A stretch of DNA of 64,000 nucleotides from Flavipsychrobacter sp. Its GTDB lineage: Bacteria > Bacteroidota > Bacteroidia > Chitinophagales > Chitinophagaceae. Position numbers and translations under genes: made by a program. Of the stretch, positions 30,978 to 41,394 are shown one piece after another. Positions within the stretch are counted from its first letter, which is position 1, and every line of letters begins with the position of its first letter. The notes under the pieces are model-generated. The model ran no database searches and had not been told where the DNA came from. It saw only the letters and a list, made by a program, of their open reading frames with translations. The stretch spans positions 27,455-91,454 of the forward strand of contig JBBCJI010000024.1 in NCBI GenBank assembly GCA_037190845.1, written 5' to 3'.

Positions 30978-33023
30978 ATGGGAGCATTAACAGACCTGTT
31001 GGGCGGCATGACCTTATTGATCATCGGGGGCGTCGTCTTTTTATTTTTCATCTTGTTGTTTGCCTTTGCCGCATTCTATAAAAAAATCCCCCAGGGCAAG
31101 GCTATTGTGCGAACAGGTGTGGGCGGCAGTAAAGTGGCGTTTAATAAAGGTATGTATGTGATCCCTATTCTGCATAAGATGGAGATCATGGATATTTCGG
31201 TAAAGAAAGTGCAGATCGACCGGCTCGAGCACGATGGCCTGATCTGTAAGGATAACATCCGCGCGGATATTAAAGTGGCCTTTTTTGTGCGCGTGAACAA
31301 AAGCGTGGAAGACGTGCTGAATGTGGCTCAGATCATAGGCTGTGAGCGTGCCAGCGATGTGGAAACGCTCCGTAACCTGTTTGAAGCCAAGTTTTCAGAG
31401 GCGCTGAAAACGGTAGGTAAGAAGTTTGACTTCATCGAGCTGTACGAAGCCCGCAGGGAGTTTCGGGATGAGATCATGAATATCATCGGTACCGATCTGA
31501 ACGGATATATCCTGGATGACTGTGCGATTGATTACCTGGAGCAGACGGAGATCCGCTTTTTGAGTGCAGAAAACATCCTCGATTCTCAGGGCATCAAAAA
31601 GATCACAGAGCTGACTGCAGCCCAGAATATCAATGCCAACCTTATTCGCAGGGAAGAGGAAAAGGTGATCAAAAAGCAGAATGTGGAAGCACGTGAAGCA
31701 ATCCTTGAGCTGGAGCGGCAACTGGCGGAGAAGGAAGAAAAGCAGCGAAGGGAGATAGATAATATCAAAGCGCGCGAGCAGGCAGAAATTCTCAAGGTGC
31801 GTGAAGAAGAGCGTCTGAAATCGCAGAGCGTACGGATCAAGACGGAAGAATCGCTTGCGGTACAGGAAGAAAATAAACTCCGGCAGATCATCATTGCGGA
31901 AAAGAATAAGCAAAGGACCGATGCAGTAGAAACAGAACGTGTAGAGAAAGATCGCGCGTTGGAGCAGACCGAAAGAGAGAAGATCGTGACCCTTGCACAG
32001 ATCGAAAAGGACAAGAATATAGAAGTTGAGCGCAAGAATATCCAGGATGTGATCCGTGAGCGGGTGAAGCTGGAAAAAGGCGTGGTGGAAGAACAGCAGA
32101 GCATGAAGGATATCGAAGCGTTCCGCTCGGTAGAAAGGGAGAAGACTGTGGGTATTACAGAGGCCAGCCGTCAGGCAGAAGAAAAGCTGATCTATACGGT
32201 GAAGGCCGCAGAAGCAGACAAGAAAGCCGCCGAAGAAAAGGCCCGTGAAATGCTGATCGATGCTGAAGCCCGTAAGGAAGCTGCTTCCAAGCAGGCCGAA
32301 GCCCGGAAGATACTGGCCGAAGCTCAGGCGCGTGAAGAAGCTACGCTCGGATTGTCTGAAGCCGAAGTGATGATCGCCAAAGCCGAAGCAGCAGAGATGC
32401 AGGGTAAGGTGGATGCCAATGTGATCGAAAAGATAGCAGAAGCTAAACGTAAGGAAGGACTGATGGAAGCGGAAGTAGCTAAAGAGAAAGCTTTGGCGGA
32501 AGCGGCAGGCATCGAGGAAAAAGCCGAAGCGATGAAGAAGCTCGATGGGGTAGGTAAGGATCACGAAGAGTTTAAGATCCTGGTACAGAAAGATCTGGAT
32601 ATCGCACTGGCTCAGATCAACATCCAGAAAGATATTGCTGATGCTCAGGCCAGCGTGCTTGCGGAAGCATTGAAGAAAGCGAATATCGATATCGTGGGCG
32701 GTGAGACGTTGTTCTTCAAGAATATTGTCAACCAGATATCCAACGCGAAAGGATTTGACCGGTTGATCAACGAAAGTGAAAATGCCACGCATATCAAAAC
32801 AGCCCTGATCGGGGATGGTTCCGCCAACGGCGACCTGCTCGACCGGATCAAGGGATTTGCGGAGAAGTATAATGTTTCCACCGAGGATCTTAAAAATCTG
32901 ACCATTTCCAGCCTGCTGCTGAAGATGCAGCAGCACAGCGAGGGAGAGGATAGGTCTATGATCGTCAAACTTGCGGATATGGCCAGCAGCCTCGGGCTGT
33001 CTAACCGGAAGCTGAACGCGTAA
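30978..33023 (+). CDS. Flotillin (SPFH/band-7) family protein, YqiK-like
   Basis: N-terminal TM helix and SPFH domain (GKAIVRTGVGG...ICKDNIRADIKVAFFVRV), then a long EA-rich coiled coil. Confidence 0.9.
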   Translation: MGALTDLLGGMTLLIIGGVVFLFFILLFAFAAFYKKIPQGKAIVRTGVGGSKVAFNKGMYVIPILHKMEIMDISVKKVQIDRLEHDGLICKDNIRADIKVAFFVRVNKSVEDVLNVAQIIGCERASDVETLRNLFEAKFSEALKTVGKKFDFIELYEARREFRDEIMNIIGTDLNGYILDDCAIDYLEQTEIRFLSAENILDSQGIKKITELTAAQNINANLIRREEEKVIKKQNVEAREAILELERQLAEKEEKQRREIDNIKAREQAEILKVREEERLKSQSVRIKTEESLAVQEENKLRQIIIAEKNKQRTDAVETERVEKDRALEQTEREKIVTLAQIEKDKNIEVERKNIQDVIRERVKLEKGVVEEQQSMKDIEAFRSVEREKTVGITEASRQAEEKLIYTVKAAEADKKAAEEKAREMLIDAEARKEAASKQAEARKILAEAQAREEATLGLSEAEVMIAKAEAAEMQGKVDANVIEKIAEAKRKEGLMEAEVAKEKALAEAAGIEEKAEAMKKLDGVGKDHEEFKILVQKDLDIALAQINIQKDIADAQASVLAEALKKANIDIVGGETLFFKNIVNQISNAKGFDRLINESENATHIKTALIGDGSANGDLLDRIKGFAEKYNVSTEDLKNLTISSLLLKMQQHSEGEDRSMIVKLADMASSLGLSNRKLNA

Positions 33024-33066
33024 ACAGTGCGGACCTGGTCTGCGATTTTAAACAAAGGAAACATGT

Positions 33067-36000
33067 ATGGCAAATACGGATGCTGGTGTAATACTGGATT
33101 CAGGAACTTATGAGATCATTCGCAACCGGCTGCACGAACAGCGTGTCGTGTTGTCGGAGCGGCTGGCAGCGCTGAATGCAGCGAGGAAGGAGATTTTTAG
33201 CTCGGAAGGATTTGAGCTGGTTGCCAATCAGCGGATCACCACCGAGAATAATGGTGTGTCCCGTGGTATTATTGCTTTCGGAGAGTTGTGCATATTCGCG
33301 TACAATGTGCATTTCGGCCTGCGGGAAGATATCCGGTTGGATGATGTGTTTAGTGTCTATAAGTTCACAGGCGGTCATTTTGAACCTCAGCCGCTGACGC
33401 TGATCAGTGATGAGCAGTTTATCGCCGACTTCACCAATCTGTACAAGTATTACCGCCATTCCATCTTTGCCAAGTTCAGCCGTACGGAGCATTACCTGTA
33501 CATGATCTTCCAGACGGGTAAGCATGTGGATGACCGTAAGGCTTTCAAATGGCTGATCAAAGACAATAAGCTGACCTATGTGGATGATCGCAGCATCCAT
33601 GAGGTAAGGCCGGCGGCACAGCACGATTTTGCATGGACCGCTACCAGCCTCGAAGACAGAAGGCTGGGTGTGCATCCGCATATCTCGATCCTGGATAAGG
33701 TTTTTATTGAAGCAGTCGGCGGAGATATCACGTTTAAGATCGAGGATAATACCGATACCGGGAAGGGAATCTATTCGGAACCTGTGCTGAATAAAGACCA
33801 GCAACTGGATGATGCCGATTATTATTATGCCGACCTCGGCAACCTGATCGCTATTAAGATCCGGCCCTATCAGGAGGATTTCCGTACCTATATCTACAAT
33901 GTGCGGACGCGGGAGGTGAAGCCGATACCGATGCTGCTGGATGCCGGTATCCTGCTGCCGGACAATCAGGGGGTGATCTTCCCGAACGGTTATTATCTGC
34001 AGACCGGCGAGTACAAAATTTTTGAATCGGATCTTTCTGATCTTGATTTCATTCGCACGACGGCCTCTCCGAATGGGGAGGACTTCCTCTATGTATTCTA
34101 CCAGCGTACGACGAATACCTATGTGCTCATGTCTTACAACGTGATCATGCAGCAGGTGGAGACGCCCATTATTTGCAATGGCTTTACGGTATTCCCCAAC
34201 GGCAAGCTGATCTACTTCAGGTCTGAGCAGGAAGCCGTACGTCATCATCAGGTACAGATCTGGCAGACGCCCTATACCGAAGTGCTGAAGGAAAATGCGG
34301 CGATGAAAGACAATGCGCTGTACAAGATCGGCAACAAGGACATCGTGGCGGCTATGTCGGAAAGCCAGGAGGTGATCCAGTTGCTGCTCAAGGAAGATTC
34401 TTACGAAGGATTGTACGAGGATCTCTATAAGAAGTCTAACGATATTATTGATGCTTATTTCTGGTTGGGCAATCCGGAAACCTTCGAGTTGTCGGCGCCG
34501 TTGTCCCAGATCAGGGATGTTGCCAGCACTGCCATTGATGAGTTTGCCAAAGTGCAGGCGCAGCGGAAACATGCCGTAGAAGCGCTGTCTGCCATGCAGT
34601 CGCAGGTAGATGCACTGGTCAGCAGGATCAAAAATACGAAGGCCGATTCACTGGATGAGCTCGTGCACCTGCTTGCTGATACCCGGCGGATGCAGGGGGC
34701 TGTAATAGACCTGCTGAATATAAAATATGTAGATCCGGAGGCCGTGCAATCGCTGAAGGATACGTTACAGCAGTATAATCTTTCCGTATCTCAGGACACG
34801 GTGGATTTTTTGCTGAAGGATGAAGCATTGCTGCCTTATGAGCAGAAGGTTGCCGTGCAGAAAGATAAGGTGGCAGGGGTTACGAAGGTGATCGATGCCC
34901 AGGAGATCGATCAGGCGATGAAGGAGATTGCCGCCGAGCTGGAGCTGCTGGTGGATATGCTGAGCGGTCTTAAGATCGAAGACACTACGGAAACCACAAG
35001 GATCATCGAAAAGATATCGCTGATCTTTGCTTCGCTGAATGAGGTGCGGGCAGATCTGGTAAGGGTTACCGGCGCCTTGCAGACCAAAGAGGCGACAGGC
35101 ATCTTCCATGCGCAGATCACGCTGCTGGAACAGAGTATCATCAATTTCCTTGACCTTTCCGATACCCCGGAAAAATGCGAGGATTATCATACCCGGATCA
35201 GCATCCAGATAGAAGAGCTGGAAAGCCGGTTTGCCGATTTCGAGGAATTCGTGCTCCGGATCGCCGACAAGCGGGATGAAGCTGCCCGGGCGTTCAACGG
35301 CAAGAAGGAGCTGCTCATTGAACAGATCAACAAGCGTACCACCTCGTTGGAGCAGATCGGCCTGCGGATCCTAAAAAATGTAGAGAACAAAGCACAAACG
35401 ATGACTTCGCGGGAAAGTCTGTATGCTTTCTTCTCTGCGGATATGATGATCGACAAGGTGCGCAGCTTAGTCAATGATCTGCGGGAAGCCGGGGATGTAG
35501 CCAAGGCAGAAAACCTGGACAACCTGCTGAAGGTAGCCCAGGAAGATGCATTACGCCAGCTCAAAGACCGGACGGAGCTGTTCGTGGATGGCCATAATGT
35601 CATTGCTCTTGGTGCGTATAAGTTTATTGTCAACAAACAGGTGCTAAGCCTGACGATCATCCGCAAAGACCATAAGCTCTATTATCATCTGATAGGCACC
35701 AGCTTTTATAAGGAAGTGACGGAGGCGGAACTGTATCGCTACCGTCATGTATGGGAGCAGGAGCTGGTTTCGGAGACCCCGGCTATCTACCGCGGGGAGT
35801 ATCTTGCCTATCAGGCTTTTCTTGCCGGTTTGTCGCAGGATAAACAATGGGACTTTGCAGCGTTTATCAACGAGCAGGTGGAGCGTGATTATGCAGGCGG
35901 ATATCTGAAAGGTGTGCACAATCAGGATGCACTGCATATATACCAGTACCTGCTTCGCCTGAAGGAGTCATTGGGCATACTGCGCTATGCGCCGGATGTG

Positions 36001-37896
36001 CGCGTGCCCGCACAACTGTTCTGGTTCGGGTTGGAAGAAGAGAGTAAAAACAGGCTGTTGCAGTTGATCAAGGCTGCCTATGCGATCCAGCAGAGCTTCC
36101 CGGGTAATAAGGATTTTGAATTCATGGAGCAGGAAATTGCCGGCCGGTATCAGTCTGCCGGGCTTGCGTATGCGCAGGTGGATGCCGGGCTTGTGGCTCG
36201 CTACCTGTACGATGAGTTTTCCGTGGCCCGCCATTTTACATGCAGCCAGCAGGCGAAGCAGATCCGGAAGGATTTTCAGGAGTTTTTAAGACAGCAGCAC
36301 CGGGCCGATCTCTTTATGGAGGAAACGGGTAATGCCGGTTTTACAGTACAGGAGCGTTTTTATCTGATCCAGCACTGGCTGCAGGCTTATCTGAATTCCC
36401 ACCCGGGAAAGTATGATCCGCGCTATCTGGATGAAGCGGTATGTCTGTTGCTCTTCCCGGATCACGGGTATAAAGAGCGTACGGCATCGGATTATATACT
36501 GGTGGCGGAACTGAAGGGCACGCACAGCGTGATCCATGATCAGCAGTACACCCTGTATTATCATTCTTTCATGGAGAAGATGCGGGCTTATATGCAGGAT
36601 ACGGCGCCGGCCTTTAAGGCTTTTAATGCCCGCAAGGAGGAGCTGGCGAACAGCTACAGGCATGCCTTGAAGATTAATGAGTTTGAACCTAAGGTGCTGA
36701 GTTCCTTTGTGCGGAACCGGTTGATCAACGAAGTCTATTTCCCGCTGATCGGCGCCAACCTGGCGAAGCAGATCGGAGCGGCGGGCGACGATAAGCGTAC
36801 GGCCAGAATGGGTATGCTGTTGCTGGTATCGCCGCCGGGGTATGGTAAGACCACTTTGATGGAATACCTCGCGAGAACCATGGGGCTGCATTTTGTAAAG
36901 ATCAACGGACCTACGATCGGAAATGTCATTACCTCGATCGATCCGGTAGAAGCAACGACCTCCGGCGCGAGGGAGGAGTTGAAGAAGATCAACCTTGCGC
37001 TGGAGATGGCGGATAACGTAATGCTGTACATTGATGATATCCAGCATTGCAGCGCGGCCTTTTTGCAGAAGTTCATCTCTCTGGCAGACGGGCAACGTAA
37101 GATGGACGGCATCTTTGAAGGGGAAAGCAAGACGTATGATCTGCGGGGCAAGCGCTTTTGCGTGGTCATGGCGGGGAACCCTTATACAGAAAGCGGCGAG
37201 CAGTTTAAGATCCCGGACATGCTGGCCAACCGGTCGGATGTATATAACCTCGGCGATGTGATCGGCAATTCGGGGCATCTGTTCCGGCTGAGCCTGATCG
37301 AGAATGCCGTTCAGGAAAACCGTTATCTGCAGCAGATTGCCAACAGGAGCTTTGAGGATCTCTATAAGCTGATCACGTATATCGAAACCCAGTCGGACAT
37401 GCTGCCCGAACTGGAAGGCAACCACAGCAGTCAGGAGGTGGATGATGCGATTGCCGTGCTGAAAAACATCATGTGGATCAGGGATGTAGTGATCCGGGTC
37501 AACCAGCAGTATATTGCCAGTGCGGCGATGAAGGATGCGTACCGGACGGAACCTGCCTTTAAGCTTCAGGGCTCGTACCGGAATATGAATAAAATGGTGG
37601 GCAAGATTGTACCGCTCATGAATCTGGACGAGGTGAAGACGCTGATCCTTTCGCATTACGAAGGCGAAGCCCAGACGCTGACGTCTGATGCGGAAGCCAA
37701 TTTGCTGAAACTGAAAGAGCTGGCGGGGCTGATTACAGAAGACGAGTCAGCACGCTGGGCGCAGATCCAGACCATCTTCCGGCAGAATAATAAATTTGGA
37801 GGGCTTGATCAGTCGGACGTGTCGGGGCAGATGCTGATACAGTTGCATTCGTTTAATGAGCATCTGGAAATGATCGCGAAGGCTTTGAGGAAGTAG
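33067..37896 (+). CDS. Giant (1609 aa) multi-domain protein with C-terminal MoxR/dynein-type (AAA_5-like) ATPase module
   Basis: Beta-rich N-terminal ~420 aa, then about 600 aa of helical/coiled-coil sequence, then Walker A LLLVSPPGYGKTTLMEYLAR and Walker B VMLYIDDIQH with a GKRFCVVMAGNP sensor region. It starts 43 nt after the flotillin stop. Confidence 0.8.
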   Translation: MANTDAGVILDSGTYEIIRNRLHEQRVVLSERLAALNAARKEIFSSEGFELVANQRITTENNGVSRGIIAFGELCIFAYNVHFGLREDIRLDDVFSVYKFTGGHFEPQPLTLISDEQFIADFTNLYKYYRHSIFAKFSRTEHYLYMIFQTGKHVDDRKAFKWLIKDNKLTYVDDRSIHEVRPAAQHDFAWTATSLEDRRLGVHPHISILDKVFIEAVGGDITFKIEDNTDTGKGIYSEPVLNKDQQLDDADYYYADLGNLIAIKIRPYQEDFRTYIYNVRTREVKPIPMLLDAGILLPDNQGVIFPNGYYLQTGEYKIFESDLSDLDFIRTTASPNGEDFLYVFYQRTTNTYVLMSYNVIMQQVETPIICNGFTVFPNGKLIYFRSEQEAVRHHQVQIWQTPYTEVLKENAAMKDNALYKIGNKDIVAAMSESQEVIQLLLKEDSYEGLYEDLYKKSNDIIDAYFWLGNPETFELSAPLSQIRDVASTAIDEFAKVQAQRKHAVEALSAMQSQVDALVSRIKNTKADSLDELVHLLADTRRMQGAVIDLLNIKYVDPEAVQSLKDTLQQYNLSVSQDTVDFLLKDEALLPYEQKVAVQKDKVAGVTKVIDAQEIDQAMKEIAAELELLVDMLSGLKIEDTTETTRIIEKISLIFASLNEVRADLVRVTGALQTKEATGIFHAQITLLEQSIINFLDLSDTPEKCEDYHTRISIQIEELESRFADFEEFVLRIADKRDEAARAFNGKKELLIEQINKRTTSLEQIGLRILKNVENKAQTMTSRESLYAFFSADMMIDKVRSLVNDLREAGDVAKAENLDNLLKVAQEDALRQLKDRTELFVDGHNVIALGAYKFIVNKQVLSLTIIRKDHKLYYHLIGTSFYKEVTEAELYRYRHVWEQELVSETPAIYRGEYLAYQAFLAGLSQDKQWDFAAFINEQVERDYAGGYLKGVHNQDALHIYQYLLRLKESLGILRYAPDVRVPAQLFWFGLEEESKNRLLQLIKAAYAIQQSFPGNKDFEFMEQEIAGRYQSAGLAYAQVDAGLVARYLYDEFSVARHFTCSQQAKQIRKDFQEFLRQQHRADLFMEETGNAGFTVQERFYLIQHWLQAYLNSHPGKYDPRYLDEAVCLLLFPDHGYKERTASDYILVAELKGTHSVIHDQQYTLYYHSFMEKMRAYMQDTAPAFKAFNARKEELANSYRHALKINEFEPKVLSSFVRNRLINEVYFPLIGANLAKQIGAAGDDKRTARMGMLLLVSPPGYGKTTLMEYLARTMGLHFVKINGPTIGNVITSIDPVEATTSGAREELKKINLALEMADNVMLYIDDIQHCSAAFLQKFISLADGQRKMDGIFEGESKTYDLRGKRFCVVMAGNPYTESGEQFKIPDMLANRSDVYNLGDVIGNSGHLFRLSLIENAVQENRYLQQIANRSFEDLYKLITYIETQSDMLPELEGNHSSQEVDDAIAVLKNIMWIRDVVIRVNQQYIASAAMKDAYRTEPAFKLQGSYRNMNKMVGKIVPLMNLDEVKTLILSHYEGEAQTLTSDAEANLLKLKELAGLITEDESARWAQIQTIFRQNNKFGGLDQSDVSGQMLIQLHSFNEHLEMIAKALRK

Positions 37897-37951
37897 TAAA
37901 TCCACTATTTTCTACTGTCTGAAATATGTGGTACTTAGAATCCTTTTCAGC

Positions 37952-39853
37952 TTAAAATAGTTTATTAATTTCGATAAACATTTTTTCAAAATTATCTAAT
38001 GTTGAGGCTGAAAAAAATGTCTTGTCTACGCCTAATTGGTTTAACTTATTTGCTGGTCTGTAATGATTAAATCTATCCTTACCAATTACTTTGTTTATTT
38101 GTTTTAGTATGGTATCAATGCTTGTATCAAGGTCTGTGACCTTTATTTCCGCAAACTCTTTGTCAAACGCAAGGTTAAATAGTTTTAGATATTCTTCTTT
38201 TGTAAACAGGTCTTCGATGTCAGCCGTTTTTGAGCCGTTATTGGAAAATTCATCAAAGAATCTGATGTTTTTGTCCTTGATTATTTTGTGACGAATTAAA
38301 TCTTCAACTCTTTGCTTGCCCTTTTGATCAGTGAACGTATCAAGTAGGCAAACAACATTCAATTTTTGGCCTCTAAGTAGTGAGATAAAAGTGGTAACCT
38401 TATCTAAACCTCCAACAGGAACGATTGTAATATTGTCCTTTAATTTACCCCGTTTTTCTATTTCAAGAATATTTGAAAGAACCGTTAAGTAAAGTAGATC
38501 CGCTGGACCCTCTACTAATAAATTGTGTTTTGAAATAAATAGATTTTGTGCAATGTCATATCCTAATGCAGCTTGTAAGGGGAATAAAGTATCTGGGTCT
38601 TTTTCTTGAATTGTATCTGAAATAATTGTTCCTTCATCAGTTTCAAGGCAAGTACGTACTCTATTTAATTTCTCTGACTCTACCATGAAAGGGGAATGAG
38701 TTGTATAGATGATTTGATATTTTTTTGAAAGATCTTCAATGAAACGAATTAGGTCGCTCTGTGCAGAAGCATGAAGATTTAACCCCGGCTCATCTAGTAG
38801 CAAAATGTAATCAGAATTTTTGTCTGCTTGAATTTTGCTAAACCAAATAATAAAGGAAAAAAACCAGTTAAAACCTTTGCTTCTTCTGTCAAGTGGAAGA
38901 GATATTTTGTGCCTTTGGCTTCTAACGCGAATGTCAAGATACTTTTGATTGTTTTTGTCTTGAATACGAAACTCAATGTCTAAATTCTTGTTAGTTGACC
39001 AATATTTAAAAATTTCGTTAGTAATCTTGTTTGAGGAAGCCTCAAGTAAAGCCACAAATCTTTCATAGTCGCTTGAATTAATGATTTCATCTGGTTTAAT
39101 CCTTGCTAATTCGAATAATGCTTTAGCAGTTTTGGATTTCTCATCATTAGTGCCATTGTTAAGTTCATTTATATCGATTTTCCCCCCTAAATGATAATAA
39201 TCGTCAAAGTACCAAAACTTAGGCATGTTCGGCTGAACCCAATTACGGAATATGTGATATCCTAAAGGATTTTGCCAGTTTGTTTTTGCGGCAGCATCTA
39301 CTAACTTCTTTACTTCTGTCTTTAATGCTGTCAAATCTGTGTCACCTTCTAATTGAGGTATTGCTTCAAGTTCAGAAAGTGAATTCAATTTGTTTATTAC
39401 CTCTCTGGTTTCCTTTGTTAACACTAATGACTGAATTTTAGCGTCTAAATATTTTTTTTGGTTAGCTCCAATGCCAGTAACTGTGTTGCCTTCTTTATAA
39501 TGATAGTTGTAAGTAAATTCTTTTGTTGTAAAAACACCTTTTCCGAATTCTGTGTCAATTTGCGAGAGAAGTTCGGTGCTAATTTCATAAGTACAATTAA
39601 GTATTTCCACATCTTCATCACTATTTTCAAAATCGACCAATTCATTCCTTGGAAAGTCTTGAGTTCTGTCAAACTTGAAATCTGCATCGTCTGTGAAATA
39701 ATTTGTCTTAGCAAGTGCTTGCAAAAAGCTGGTTTTACCTGATTCATTCATTCCGACAATTGTAGTAATTGAAGGTTCAATTTCTACACTTTGAGGTTTT
39801 TGGATGCTTTTGTACTTATTTAACGTAGCATTTTTAAGTTTAATATTCATCAC
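37952..39853 (-). CDS. OLD-family nuclease (N-terminal ABC-type ATPase + C-terminal TOPRIM)
   Basis: Walker A GMNESGKTSFLQAL, Walker B/D-loop ILLLDEPGLNLHASAQ, H-loop TTHSPFMV, then TOPRIM LLVEGPADLLYL ... CLLDTFTD. Local GC is about 25-30%, against about 50% in the flanks. Confidence 0.85.
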   Translation of the reverse strand: MMNIKLKNATLNKYKSIQKPQSVEIEPSITTIVGMNESGKTSFLQALAKTNYFTDDADFKFDRTQDFPRNELVDFENSDEDVEILNCTYEISTELLSQIDTEFGKGVFTTKEFTYNYHYKEGNTVTGIGANQKKYLDAKIQSLVLTKETREVINKLNSLSELEAIPQLEGDTDLTALKTEVKKLVDAAAKTNWQNPLGYHIFRNWVQPNMPKFWYFDDYYHLGGKIDINELNNGTNDEKSKTAKALFELARIKPDEIINSSDYERFVALLEASSNKITNEIFKYWSTNKNLDIEFRIQDKNNQKYLDIRVRSQRHKISLPLDRRSKGFNWFFSFIIWFSKIQADKNSDYILLLDEPGLNLHASAQSDLIRFIEDLSKKYQIIYTTHSPFMVESEKLNRVRTCLETDEGTIISDTIQEKDPDTLFPLQAALGYDIAQNLFISKHNLLVEGPADLLYLTVLSNILEIEKRGKLKDNITIVPVGGLDKVTTFISLLRGQKLNVVCLLDTFTDQKGKQRVEDLIRHKIIKDKNIRFFDEFSNNGSKTADIEDLFTKEEYLKLFNLAFDKEFAEIKVTDLDTSIDTILKQINKVIGKDRFNHYRPANKLNQLGVDKTFFSASTLDNFEKMFIEINKLF

Positions 39854-40028
39854 TCTTCGTTTTCGTAGTTATTTGAATTATTGTCTGATAGTATTACCAC
39901 TAAAGGCTTGGGTATTACCGAAGACGGAGTTCAATACAAAGCTCAATCTTAGAATCGAAATTCAACTTTGGACAAATGCCCAATCGAAGTTCTTCTGCCC
40001 ACTTTGGGTAATACCATGTTAGGGGCTT

Positions 40029-41168
40029 CTATTTTCTGTGATATACCGTCACCTTATTGTTTCTTAAAATCATTAAATAGTTTTTTACTTTGTAATCTTC
40101 CCCTTCTGCATTTTTAATTATTGCATCATAAGTATCATCTGTCAATACATTATAACCAATTCTGTCTTTACATTTTTGATAAACAGATTTCATAAATGAC
40201 TTATTTGCGGCATTCCCAATTAAGTAAATAGTTTCATTTCCATGGTTAATCTTTTCAATGTTTTTTATATAAGTTTGTTCTCCTAGGTTGTTTACTTTGT
40301 ATTGTTTACCAATAATTCTAATTGCAAATTTGCAATACTGTCCGTTAAAGTCATTTATTGAATCTTCTCGTAGTTTTCTATTTGCATAATTATTCAAATA
40401 GCTAATTAGCTGTTTGACTTCATTATATATTTTGTTAGCATCTCGTTTTTGAGCAAAAACTTTCTCTCCTAAAAATGTTAACTCTTGCACAAGTATTGGG
40501 TAGAATATTCCTGCTTTATCTATGTCGTGATATGTTTCAAATAGAGAGGCTATTTTATTATTATCCATCTTCTCTTTCATAAAATCTTGAACGAATTGAT
40601 CAAGAATTTCTGATTTTTCGTGTTTCAGAAGATCATAACAAGCGTATAAATCAAGCGATTCTCTCTGGTATTTGGCGATATATGATTTAGCTTTCCTTAA
40701 AAATGCGTAAGAAATAAATGCCAATGAAGCGTTAACAATGTTCTTGTTTTGATTATCACTCTTATGTAATCTAACTATTAGTTCACCATTTTTAATATAA
40801 GTCTCAGCATTTTGTTTTTCAACATCAACCCAAAAAATATTTATTTTATTAATGTCAATGTGTTTTACTTTTTTAGACACAGTTTTTAGATAGTCATTTA
40901 CTTTCCCTTGAAGGTCATACTTTATATATGTTTTGTCAAATTTATTCGAAACGTAATTCGCGAATCTGGTAATTAATGCAACAAGTTTTTCAAACTTTTC
41001 TGGATTTTTGAGATAATAAATAAAAAGTGCAATCAATGCTACAGTTGAAACAGTCCACATAGAAATATGCAAGTTGAAGTTAAAATTTATGTCGTCAAAA
41101 AGGCTAAAACTTGTGTTCATTAGCATATTCTGTAAATAGTTTAATTGCTTCTGGGCTGTCACAAACAA
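40029..41168 (-). CDS. Hypothetical protein with single N-terminal TM helix, unknown function, in OLD operon
   Basis: 379 aa, K/N/Y-rich and AT-rich, with TM segment MWTVSTVALIALFIYYL. The true start may be an internal Met at 41126 or 41057. It lies 175 nt upstream of the OLD gene on the same strand. Confidence 0.55.
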   Translation of the reverse strand: MFVTAQKQLNYLQNMLMNTSFSLFDDINFNFNLHISMWTVSTVALIALFIYYLKNPEKFEKLVALITRFANYVSNKFDKTYIKYDLQGKVNDYLKTVSKKVKHIDINKINIFWVDVEKQNAETYIKNGELIVRLHKSDNQNKNIVNASLAFISYAFLRKAKSYIAKYQRESLDLYACYDLLKHEKSEILDQFVQDFMKEKMDNNKIASLFETYHDIDKAGIFYPILVQELTFLGEKVFAQKRDANKIYNEVKQLISYLNNYANRKLREDSINDFNGQYCKFAIRIIGKQYKVNNLGEQTYIKNIEKINHGNETIYLIGNAANKSFMKSVYQKCKDRIGYNVLTDDTYDAIIKNAEGEDYKVKNYLMILRNNKVTVYHRK

Positions 41169-41394
41169 TTTTTATGTCACCTGATTCAGGAAAAATTGAA
41201 TAGAGGTTTTCAAAGGTGATTACTTTCCCTGTGAATTTACATTTTAATTTACCTTCATTTAATTTCTCTATCAGTCCTAAATTTTTGAGTAATTGATTTA
41301 GGTCTTCATCATGCACTGCGTTTAGGTTTCTTTTATTCATATCTCTGCCGTATGTAGTCTTCGTTTTTACTGGTAACTTGCATATACTTTCCAT
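41104..41394 (-). CDS. Small (96 aa) hypothetical protein, first gene of OLD operon
   Basis: Clean ORF with non-repetitive sequence, same strand and AT-rich composition. Its end overlaps or abuts the 379-aa gene. Confidence 0.45.
   Translation of the reverse strand: MESICKLPVKTKTTYGRDMNKRNLNAVHDEDLNQLLKNLGLIEKLNEGKLKCKFTGKVITFENLYSIFPESGDIKIVCDSPEAIKLFTEYANEHKF

Noticed and set aside
31395-32936. 513-aa minus-strand ORF
   Set aside because: It is antisense to the flotillin gene, and its L/F/R-rich low-complexity translation is typical of a shadow ORF opposite an EA-rich coiled-coil coding region.
33100-37656. Long minus-strand ORFs (490 aa at 33100-34572, 456 aa at 36286-37656 and others) inside the giant gene
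   Set aside because: They are antisense shadow ORFs with R/L/H-rich composition and no motifs. The plus-strand gene has clear Walker motifs and a continuous 1609-aa frame.
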